A stretch of 64,000 bases of DNA from a virus. Its lineage: Duplodnaviria; Caudoviricetes. Each line of letters opens with the position of its first letter. The stretch's first letter is position 1. This document shows, piece after piece, positions 56,436 through 64,000 of this stretch. Made by a program: the position numbers and the translations under genes. Where the stretch lies: positions 1 through 64,000 of the IMG/VR virus record IMGVR_UViG_3300034407_003088; one strand, 5' to 3'. The notes under the pieces were generated by a model. It saw nothing but the letters and a program-made list of their open reading frames with translations, made no database searches and was not told the origin of the DNA.

Positions 56436-56478
56436 GTAATCGTAGTAAAGATTACCGCTGTTCCTAATGCTAAATCTA

Positions 56479-57231
56479 TCATCTCCAATCCCATACTTTA
56501 AGTGCATTATAGGTGATTCCAAATCCAACTACTGGTTCTGTTAAACCTGTAGTTTGGTCATATGTGATTCCAAAAAACGGCCCAACACTTATTTGGTTTC
56601 TCGGTGGTTTAATTTTAAAGGGATTACTTCTTCTACTATTCAATCTTATACCATCAAATTGTCTTTCAGGTACAATTGCATACCATTCACCTTTAATTTC
56701 ACCTTCTTCTATAAAAGGTTCTCCTTGTTGAATACTACCATCAAATCCTAAATCTGTTTCTGAATCTACAATACTATCATTTACTATTGCAACACCAGTT
56801 CTACCAAAGATTCTTAAGTAGTCATCTTGTCTACCAAATTCTTTTTCAAATGGAACTACTCCAGCACCACTTGAATGTGATTCTCTATTATCATAAATAG
56901 AAGCCTTCTTAGAAAGTTGTTCCTTAATAGTATCTAATTCTACTTGGAACTCATCCATTTTTTTCTTTAGATTTCTATTCTCAATACCACGAGTTTTATC
57001 ATGGTCGTGTAAATCTTTTAATAAATTGTTATTTTGTTTTACCAAAATCTCAACCGAGTCTTGTAACTCTGTAATCATTACATCTTGTCGTGCAGAATCT
57101 TCTCTCAAGAAATCCATCTCTTCTTGAGCATAATAATAACGAATTCCCACGATACATAAAATAAAGAGAATATTTAGGAATCCACCTATTACCCACTCTC
57201 TTCTTTTTTGTGGCCAATGTTTTAACAACAT
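56479..57231 (-). CDS. Membrane-anchored coiled-coil protein with amphipathic beta C-terminus (spanin-like architecture)
   Basis: N-terminal TM (VIGGFLNILFILCIVGI), heptad region, C-terminal ISVGPFFGITY...VVGFGITYN. Confidence 0.6.
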   Translation of the reverse strand: MLLKHWPQKRREWVIGGFLNILFILCIVGIRYYYAQEEMDFLREDSARQDVMITELQDSVEILVKQNNNLLKDLHDHDKTRGIENRNLKKKMDEFQVELDTIKEQLSKKASIYDNRESHSSGAGVVPFEKEFGRQDDYLRIFGRTGVAIVNDSIVDSETDLGFDGSIQQGEPFIEEGEIKGEWYAIVPERQFDGIRLNSRRSNPFKIKPPRNQISVGPFFGITYDQTTGLTEPVVGFGITYNALKVWDWR

Positions 57232-57239
57232 ATGAACTC

Positions 57240-57758
57240 CTATTCTATATTTTCAAGAGCATCCTCAATGGCCTTCTTCAAAGAACCACCTAACTCACTC
57301 TTACCAAACTCCACATCCTCTTGAATTTGTAAACCTGCAGCTGATACTTGTGTAGTTGTTTCACCAATACCACGATAACTTCTCTGTACACCTTCTTTGT
57401 TTTGTACTAAGTTTAAAAGTAATCTAACTTCGGTTTTTTGATTTCTACGATTAAATAAACCTGCAATACTAAATGCTTCATTAGGTTTACCAATATATAG
57501 AATCTCTACATTTGCAGTATAATCGGCATTATCATCATCTGTTAATCTATATCGTGTATCTTGAAATTGTTCTTCAAGTAATTGTTTCACACCTAAAGTT
57601 ACTCTTTCATCAACCACACCAATCGTTTCATCTACTTTAACAAATTGTGATATTTTTAATGTAGGAAACTCAACATCTTTACCAACCACTGCTGGTTGTG
57701 GTAATGATTGTGAATATCCAAATCCTATCAATAATAACATCATAATTAGTTTCTTCAT
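57240..57758 (-). CDS. Exported CsgG/TolB-N-like alpha/beta protein
   Basis: Signal peptide MKKLIMMLLLIGFGYS; LGVKQLLEEQF...RYRL; beta-hairpins; terminal GSLKKAIEDAL helix, paralleling the CsgG-like gene nearby. Confidence 0.55.
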   Translation of the reverse strand: MKKLIMMLLLIGFGYSQSLPQPAVVGKDVEFPTLKISQFVKVDETIGVVDERVTLGVKQLLEEQFQDTRYRLTDDDNADYTANVEILYIGKPNEAFSIAGLFNRRNQKTEVRLLLNLVQNKEGVQRSYRGIGETTTQVSAAGLQIQEDVEFGKSELGGSLKKAIEDALENIE

Positions 57759-57768
57759 TTTGTTCTCC

Positions 57769-58752
57769 TTAAAAGTATGTTCCGAACATTATAGCATAAG
57801 TTTTAGTTCTTTCACCATAATCGTTCACAACCGTATTGTATCCCATTGAGAATCCTAAGTTCACCTTAAATGCTTGACTCAATTGAAAATCAAAAGAAAT
57901 CGTAGGCATAAGTATGATAGGACTCTTCAATAATAAATATTGTTTTCCTGAATTTAATCCCTTATAATATCTTAATAATGTATAAGATACATAGTTAGTA
58001 AGTGTTATTTTACCAAATGATAAATCTAATGGCATTCTCATACCATATAATACTGATAAATTACCAAATGCATTTTTACTAACATTTCCATATGCAGTTG
58101 TTAAGACAATTACTTCAGAATTTTGTTTAACAAGTGACTTTGCATATGAACTTGATAATAACCAATCAGTTCCTTCAAATGTTCTAAAGAAAACACCTGA
58201 TGCACTTATCACTTGATTTTGTTTCTTTGCAAGAAAATTTATTCCTTGACCATATGATGCATTAAATCTACTGAAATCATCAGTAAAACTAAAGTTACCA
58301 TCGTATCTTGATTTACCATCAAAACTTTCTCTTGTATAAATACTATTAAAAGATGTTACCCAACTACTATCTATGGTTGGTGAAGTTTTAATACCATAAT
58401 TAACTGCACCCACATCATTACTTACATCTTGTTTTGTGAATTGTTCTGTAGCGTTACTTGCCAGAACTGACGATAATATTTCTTCTGCAACCCTTACTGC
58501 ACATGGAAATAAATCTTCAAAATCTCGGTAGACATTTTCAGTCCATGTCTCCAATGTTCCATTTGTTATTTGTTCAAATGTAAAAAATTTAGATTTATTA
58601 TAGTATGTAACATAAAATCCACCATTAGTGGGTTCAAGATTATAATTATCACGAACCACTATCTGATTACATGGGTCAATATAACTATAAAGAAAACCTT
58701 GGGCAGAGACACTACCCCATAAAAGTATTATTAATAATAATCTCTGCCACAT
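57769..58752 (-). CDS. Exported protein, probable outer-membrane beta-barrel
   Basis: Signal peptide ending VSA|Q, alternating aromatic strands, C-terminal YAIMFGTYF beta-signal. Confidence 0.6.
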   Translation of the reverse strand: MWQRLLLIILLWGSVSAQGFLYSYIDPCNQIVVRDNYNLEPTNGGFYVTYYNKSKFFTFEQITNGTLETWTENVYRDFEDLFPCAVRVAEEILSSVLASNATEQFTKQDVSNDVGAVNYGIKTSPTIDSSWVTSFNSIYTRESFDGKSRYDGNFSFTDDFSRFNASYGQGINFLAKKQNQVISASGVFFRTFEGTDWLLSSSYAKSLVKQNSEVIVLTTAYGNVSKNAFGNLSVLYGMRMPLDLSFGKITLTNYVSYTLLRYYKGLNSGKQYLLLKSPIILMPTISFDFQLSQAFKVNLGFSMGYNTVVNDYGERTKTYAIMFGTYF

Positions 58753-58757
58753 TCATT

Positions 58758-59396
58758 CTACCAACCTCTTCTGTCAATTGCTTTAATAACATTGACAACA
58801 GCTGTTTCCATAGCCTTGTTAGATGCAGAACTTAAAGAACTTTGATTCCATTCCATATTAGGATTCTTTAAAAATCCTTGTCCTATGGTGGATGCTCTTC
58901 CTTGTCCACTTCCAACAACATACTGAGTATTCTCATTATTGATTACTTTAACTTGGATACCAACAATAGTTTCATTTATTGTTTGAACTTTACCAGTTTT
59001 GATATCTTCTTTCAAGTTAACAGCGAAATCATAAATAGTTACATACGCAGTGTATTTAGTTTTCTCTATTTTAGCTTCGTTGGCTTTAAGGTCGTTCAAC
59101 ATAGATAATTGTATATCTCTGTCCGCCTCTACGAGATTGAATCTACCAATGAAAGAAATAACATTTGCAAGTTCTTGGTTTAACCCAAATGCAACTCGTT
59201 TATCTCCAAGTTCTGGATATCTATCCTCAAGTTCTTTATTGAACTTAACATCCAAAATCTTTAGATTATCAACTTTAGTTATTTCAACTTCATCAAGAGA
59301 TTTCTGTTTCTCATACTCACCAACATATTGTTCAGTTGATACTGATGCAGCACATCCCATAAAAACCATTAACGATAATAGTAATAGTTTTTTCAT
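58758..59396 (-). CDS. CsgG/HfaB-family lipoprotein
   Basis: Lipobox VFMGC; GLNQELANVI...RFNLVE; VTIYDF; VGIQVKVIN; GSGQG; KAMETAV. Confidence 0.72.
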   Translation of the reverse strand: MKKLLLLSLMVFMGCAASVSTEQYVGEYEKQKSLDEVEITKVDNLKILDVKFNKELEDRYPELGDKRVAFGLNQELANVISFIGRFNLVEADRDIQLSMLNDLKANEAKIEKTKYTAYVTIYDFAVNLKEDIKTGKVQTINETIVGIQVKVINNENTQYVVGSGQGRASTIGQGFLKNPNMEWNQSSLSSASNKAMETAVVNVIKAIDRRGW

Positions 59397-59740
59397 TACT
59401 TTGCTCCTATATGATAACCAACTACCATCCCCATAAGGAAGTTAATTAGTCGTCTTTGTTTTACTTTTCGTTTGAACTTCTTTCGTTGTTCATGTTTATT
59501 CTTATGAACATTCATCTTATGTTTCATACGAATTTTGTGATGTCGGTTGTGTTGAAACCTCATCTTATCCTCTTTCCATCTTTTGTTTTCATCTTGAATA
59601 CGATAATGGTTGTCTCTTTGTTCTTGTTTTTGAATAGCCTTATCAACTTCTTCAGGTGTCATATAGGCATCTTGTCCAAATAACTGAGAACTCACACTAA
59701 ACAAAACCACAGCAATTAGTAGTTTTACAAATTTACTCAT
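59396..59740 (-). CDS. Signal-peptide protein with H/K/R-rich helix and C-terminal membrane segment
   Basis: LFG|Q signal, RFQHNRHHKIRMKHK, LINFLMGMVVGYHIG. Confidence 0.7.
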   Translation of the reverse strand: MSKFVKLLIAVVLFSVSSQLFGQDAYMTPEEVDKAIQKQEQRDNHYRIQDENKRWKEDKMRFQHNRHHKIRMKHKMNVHKNKHEQRKKFKRKVKQRRLINFLMGMVVGYHIGAK

Positions 59741-59749
59741 AAGTACTCC

Positions 59750-60130
59750 TTACTTGAAATCAGACAATGGGTCTTTTAATAACTTCTCTAATCTTGAGAT
59801 TTCACTTTTTAATTTATCAATCTCATTCTGTAGTTTAATTATATCACCATCGTATGATTTCACTTTTGGTGTTTTTAAACCATCTACTTTTTCTCGTAGA
59901 TATTTTAATTCTTCATCAATATTGTTAAAGTTATTCGTTACAATTTCAATATCACTTGCTTCTGCAAATCCTTGTACTACTTCTTCCAACGAATCAATAC
60001 GGCCAGTAAAACTATACCAACCAGCAATTGCGGTAGAAAGAAAAGTAACAATAGCAATAATATTGTTAATTGATACTCCGAACTTTTTCCCTTTAACATC
60101 TTCAATAGCTTGTTCTATATCTTTTGCCAT
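59750..60130 (-). CDS. Single-TM coiled-coil protein
   Basis: IIAIVTFLSTAIAGWY TM followed by heptads; AAGGAG RBS. Confidence 0.75.
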   Translation of the reverse strand: MAKDIEQAIEDVKGKKFGVSINNIIAIVTFLSTAIAGWYSFTGRIDSLEEVVQGFAEASDIEIVTNNFNNIDEELKYLREKVDGLKTPKVKSYDGDIIKLQNEIDKLKSEISRLEKLLKDPLSDFK

Positions 60131-60141
60131 TTTATTTCTCC

Positions 60142-60198
60142 TTAATTACAACAACCACATTCACAACCGCAGTCACAATTACAATTTGTTTTTTTCAT
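60142..60198 (-). CDS. 18-aa Cys-rich microprotein MKKTNCNCDCGCECGCCN
   Basis: Manual translation; GGAGA 7 nt before ATG; fills the gap between two genes; 7 Cys. Confidence 0.7.
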   Translation of the reverse strand: MKKTNCNCDCGCECGCCN

Positions 60199-60199
60199 T

Positions 60200-61069
60200 T
60201 TATATCTCCATGTTTATTGTTAACAATAATGTGTTTTTTAATGGATGGGTTTCATTACCATTTAATACACCCAATCCAAACTTCCACTTTTCAAATTTAA
60301 AATCAAATCCTAATGATGAGTAATTTAAATCATGTTCTACATCATTATAGTACCCAGCATTTACCCAAAACATATTTTTTAAGTTATAGGAAATACCTTG
60401 TCCATGAGTATGATATCCATCATAAAGATTCCATTGATTATAAATATCCCACTTATCTTTTATTGGTATGTGTAAACCAACATTAAATGCAGATGGTTGT
60501 GTTATTTCAAATCCATTCATCTTGGTCATATAACCAACATTAGATATTCCTAAATCTAAATTAACCATTCCATATAATTTATGAAAATGTAAACCTACAT
60601 CAAGTAACAAACCATCAGTTTTTTCAGTATATAAATCGTGGAATATTGCCTTACCTCTAAGTCCAATAGATACACTATCTACTCGTTTACCTTTGTTAAG
60701 TAAATCAGTTCCCCAACCTATTCCTAATACTAAAGTACTTGGTGAAAAGTTACCATTTATAATACCACTTTCATCTGCGAAGTTTTGTTCACCATAATTA
60801 AAATATAAAAGTGAATAATCAAGTTTACCTTTTTCAACTTCTATATAATTGTATCCCATATCATCTACAATGTTACCTAACCATTGTACATTAGTGAAAC
60901 TAACATTAGTAGTAGTATCAAGGTTTAAATTGTTAAGTGCAGGATTTCTAAATGCAAGTGATTGGTTACCCAATATTGTTTCACTTGTAGTAGGTGAAAG
61001 TGTAAGGACACTATTTACCTGTCCAAACAAACTACCAATCATTAATAATCCTATTAATATATTTTTCAT
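60200..61069 (-). CDS. PorV/PorQ-like outer-membrane beta-barrel
   Basis: Signal peptide; NPA motif (FRNPAL), SFTNVQWL...DMGYNY, YFNYGE..DESG...G.F, DVGLH, NVG; alternating strands to the C-terminus. Confidence 0.7.
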   Translation of the reverse strand: MKNILIGLLMIGSLFGQVNSVLTLSPTTSETILGNQSLAFRNPALNNLNLDTTTNVSFTNVQWLGNIVDDMGYNYIEVEKGKLDYSLLYFNYGEQNFADESGIINGNFSPSTLVLGIGWGTDLLNKGKRVDSVSIGLRGKAIFHDLYTEKTDGLLLDVGLHFHKLYGMVNLDLGISNVGYMTKMNGFEITQPSAFNVGLHIPIKDKWDIYNQWNLYDGYHTHGQGISYNLKNMFWVNAGYYNDVEHDLNYSSLGFDFKFEKWKFGLGVLNGNETHPLKNTLLLTINMEI

Positions 61070-61173
61070 TTTCTGTTCTCCAATTTTTCAGATATCCAAA
61101 CAATACCCTTTAGAGTCAAATACCCTAATGGTAGTATTAAAAATAATAATCCAAAAAATTTTATAGTTTCCAT
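61066..61173 (-). CDS. 35-aa single-TM microprotein (METIKFFGLLFLILPLGYLTLKGIVWISEKLENRK)
   Basis: Manual translation; TAATG and ATGA overlaps at the two ends. Confidence 0.65.
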   Translation of the reverse strand: METIKFFGLLFLILPLGYLTLKGIVWISEKLENRK

Positions 61174-64000
61174 TATTTTACCACCGTAAATTTATTAGCT
61201 TTTATTTTCTTGTCTGTTTCAAGAACAAATATATAAACACCTGGTTCTAAAGTTTGATGATTCTCATATACACTTACTTCAGGTAACCAAACACTTGGTT
61301 CATTTGTAAAGTCAAATGTATGTATTCCTGAATCAACTACTTCATCTAATAATGTTCCAATGTATTGTCCATTAGAATTTAATATATAAAGTTTTACTTG
61401 TTCCGTTTGGTCTAAGAAGAATTGGAACTTAGTGTTTTCTGTAAAAGGATTTGGGTAGTTATAAGTTATCTCATCATCACCTGGTTCTCCACCACCGAAT
61501 GCCCAATACTTATTCCATACCATCACTTTACCACTTTCTCTTTTCATATTTAAATCATCACCATTTGGATTACCTGCTGCATATTTACCAATGAATCTAA
61601 TAGGAGCTTCACTCCATTCTTCATCAGGAAACTCTGCTCTGAACATTAATTTTAATGCACTCATCGGTTCATTAATCCAATAATTATTTGGTGAGTTACC
61701 TGGTGAATAATCCATACCACCAAATCTTACTCTTTGCCATCCCTCTTCAACTTCACCTACATTAACATAGGTCATCCATGGGCCTGGTAGATTACCAGTC
61801 TTCATATCAATAAATGTTAATTCATTTGTATTAAACTCAACTTCAAATTCAAACCCTGCAATATCAATACCCTCTGTTGGTGTGATATTTAATGGTACTT
61901 CAATTACCTCACCACTTTGAACTCTTACGGTTGAATCAGGTGGGAATGATAATGTTACATCATGGTCTGTCATGAATGATTTCATTGCCATTCTATTATT
62001 TCCACCACCAACTATTCTTGCCCACTCATCAGGTGCGTCTCCATTACCCCAACGATAATATGTTGTTCCGTCTACGGTTGGTGTAATTGCAGTTCCATTG
62101 TTATCAACTTTTAAACCTGTTAAATTCACATCACCTGTAAAGTAGTATGCAATATCTGAGTCATTATCAGTTCCAACAATATCTACTTGTTTAGAACCAT
62201 CTTGTGTTTCTGTATCATTGAAGTAATAATCAGGATTAGCATCACTACCAAATGTAGAACTACCTGCCCCAACTTTAATACTTAATACATCTAATCTGGT
62301 CTCAACATCATTCATCAATGGATTCAATCTAATAATACCACCACCATCAGTAGTTAGTTCTGTAGTTTCTTGTGCTAAATCACCATCAACAAATATACTG
62401 AACTCTCCTCTTTGGTTTCTTGTGTATCCATCATAATCTTCTTTGTAAGTATAAGAGTCATCACTTCCATTTAAATTATCTATACTTGACCATTGTTGAT
62501 AAGTTTCTCCATTGTAGTGTGTGTATGATGTTTCAAACACTCCACTTGTGTATGCCCATAAGAAGTAGGCATCATTTAATTGGAACTTATCATCACCATC
62601 AACATCACCAACTAAATATCCACTTGGTGATTCTATTTCTATATCTGTTTCGTTATCAAATTTATTTGATTGAAAATTAAATCCTGCAATAGCATCATTA
62701 ATATTTGTAATTGCATCTCTATCTAATAGATAAGTGGTATGGTCTCCAACCACATCATCTGCTTCTGGTGGCCAGAATGATACTTTATATCTGTTGTTTC
62801 GTGGTAAAGAAATATTGAAATATCCTTTATCATCTGTGTATGTCCAATACGAATAAGTTACATCTCTAAATCCTTGATTCTGAATCTTTTGGTCTGATGT
62901 TGTTCCGGCATTTTGTTCATAGTATCTCATATGTTGATACCCTAATGCAAAATTTCCAAACTCATCGTAAGTTCCCATAACATCATCATTTAAAGATTCA
63001 TCTGTTAAACTTGTTGGATAATTAATATCTCGTATGTTTCTCCAATTAGAAAGATTATCTGTATTAGTTTCATCTACTTCAAAGATAACTTTCATCATTG
63101 CATATTTGTTTTGTGAAAAATCTTCACCACTATCTTTTGTTCCATCTTTATCAGTATCAATCCATTCACCAATGTATCTTAAGTATCCCTCAAGTTGTAC
63201 AAGTTTTGGATGTAGTGTGATATCTCCACGAGCACCACCATTGTAAGTTCTTTCTGCTGAATAGTAATCACCCCAATTACCATCAATGTAAACTTTATAA
63301 TCTAAAAGATAATCATCTGAAACATATGTGTAGTATCCCTCACTACCATCGTATTGAGTTGCAACTCTAAATGCTCTTGGTGCAAAATCATCAACTACAT
63401 CATTAATTAAAAATTCAAGTTTTAAAATTTGTTTCTGAACTCCATCACCACCACCAAACATTTTATCTGGTGTTCCATCGTTATCTGAATCAACTCCGTG
63501 AGATACTGCAGTTATTCTTAACCAATCATATCTTGTATCTGTTATGGACTCTTCTACTAATGATTCAGAACTACCAACTGCTAATGAATCTTGATATCCT
63601 ACATTTGGATAATGAACTACTTCAAAAGAATAATCTGCATTAGATGATTCATCACCTTCAGTCCAACCACTTATGTGTGAACCTTTAATAACTCTTGAAT
63701 TTCCTTGTGTCCAAGCATTAACTGATGTTTCACCACTCTCCACCCAAGTGATTAAATCATTATCAAATGCTATATCTATTCTGAATGTTGTGATATCTGC
63801 ACCATTATCATCAAGTGTAACTTCCATCTCCAATACTTTATCTCTCCAAATATCAAAGTTATTATTATCTTCAGCTGGTTTAGTTACATCTTGTGCTAAG
63901 AAATCGTCTAAATCTTGTGTAACTGAGTCTTTCCACCACATTGCTGGCGTAGACCAATTACCTAATTGTTTTACTCTAATAATTGGGTCTTGTGCAAACA
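61173..64000 (-). CDS. Large secreted protein with cohesin-like, dockerin-like and T9SS type A C-terminal sorting domains (5' end off window)
   Basis: Frame stays open past 63941 to 64000 (..FAQDPIIRVKQ). Two cohesin-like domains (TFRIDIAFDNDLITW; AGFEFEVEFNTNELTF), GDVDGDDKFQLNDA dockerin-like repeat, NYPNPF...VKLYILNSNGQ.I..L...LEPGVYIFVL...KFTVVK CTD. Confidence 0.85.
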   Translation of the reverse strand, partial: FAQDPIIRVKQLGNWSTPAMWWKDSVTQDLDDFLAQDVTKPAEDNNNFDIWRDKVLEMEVTLDDNGADITTFRIDIAFDNDLITWVESGETSVNAWTQGNSRVIKGSHISGWTEGDESSNADYSFEVVHYPNVGYQDSLAVGSSESLVEESITDTRYDWLRITAVSHGVDSDNDGTPDKMFGGGDGVQKQILKLEFLINDVVDDFAPRAFRVATQYDGSEGYYTYVSDDYLLDYKVYIDGNWGDYYSAERTYNGGARGDITLHPKLVQLEGYLRYIGEWIDTDKDGTKDSGEDFSQNKYAMMKVIFEVDETNTDNLSNWRNIRDINYPTSLTDESLNDDVMGTYDEFGNFALGYQHMRYYEQNAGTTSDQKIQNQGFRDVTYSYWTYTDDKGYFNISLPRNNRYKVSFWPPEADDVVGDHTTYLLDRDAITNINDAIAGFNFQSNKFDNETDIEIESPSGYLVGDVDGDDKFQLNDAYFLWAYTSGVFETSYTHYNGETYQQWSSIDNLNGSDDSYTYKEDYDGYTRNQRGEFSIFVDGDLAQETTELTTDGGGIIRLNPLMNDVETRLDVLSIKVGAGSSTFGSDANPDYYFNDTETQDGSKQVDIVGTDNDSDIAYYFTGDVNLTGLKVDNNGTAITPTVDGTTYYRWGNGDAPDEWARIVGGGNNRMAMKSFMTDHDVTLSFPPDSTVRVQSGEVIEVPLNITPTEGIDIAGFEFEVEFNTNELTFIDMKTGNLPGPWMTYVNVGEVEEGWQRVRFGGMDYSPGNSPNNYWINEPMSALKLMFRAEFPDEEWSEAPIRFIGKYAAGNPNGDDLNMKRESGKVMVWNKYWAFGGGEPGDDEITYNYPNPFTENTKFQFFLDQTEQVKLYILNSNGQYIGTLLDEVVDSGIHTFDFTNEPSVWLPEVSVYENHQTLEPGVYIFVLETDKKIKANKFTVVK

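Noticed and set aside
697-63246. Numerous plus-strand ORFs in the track (e.g. 38528..38932, 40091..40579, 59754..60323)
   Set aside because: They are antisense shadows of long minus-strand genes, with no motifs or RBS. Only 47804..47989 is supported.
1-64000. tRNA, rRNA, CRISPR array, DGR, transposase or stop-codon recoding
   Set aside because: No cloverleaf, spacer-repeat array, reverse transcriptase or transposase motifs were seen by eye. Genes are intact under code 11 with TAA, TGA and TAG all used as stops. A tRNAscan/Infernal run would be needed to be certain.

Overview
A 64 kb slice of an AT-rich (roughly 30% GC by eye), densely packed large tailed-phage genome in the standard genetic code. 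Nearly every credible gene is on the minus strand, with overlapping start/stop codons and GGAG Shine-Dalgarno sites. Phage identity rests on a GH108 lysin, a peptidase S74 tail-fibre chaperone, a gp46/gp47-like Rad50-Mre11 fusion, a primase, a resolvase-like nuclease and a 2915-aa fibre protein. Left to right: (i) 1-4038, basic hypothetical proteins, a ferredoxin, the lysin and a zeta-like kinase. (ii) About 4074-36679, a roughly 32 kb glycan synthesis/modification island: three NDP-sugar SDRs, RmlC, a split ThDP E1 alpha/beta pair, PhyH, three radical SAM enzymes, a carbamoyltransferase, a sulfotransferase, methyltransferases, four SGNH-like proteins, four 'TEK' GT-like proteins, three GT7-LamG proteins, GT2/GT-A and GT4. 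A riboswitch-like terminator/antiterminator leader lies inside the island. (iii) 34176-47703, a virion fibre module with two Hint-domain proteins flanking the GT4, an S74 fibre and the giant repeat fibre. (iv) 47804-54384, DNA metabolism genes plus an ATP-grasp-like/dead-Hint fusion and a second sulfotransferase. (v) 54595-56260, enzymes carrying an MIKLK(D/E)LLxE capsid-targeting-like N-terminus. (vi) 56479-64000, an outer-membrane cassette with two CsgG-like proteins, a beta-barrel, a PorV-like barrel, a cohesin/dockerin protein with a T9SS sorting domain and an 18-aa (Cys-X)n microprotein. Family assignments come from motif recognition only; no database searches were run.
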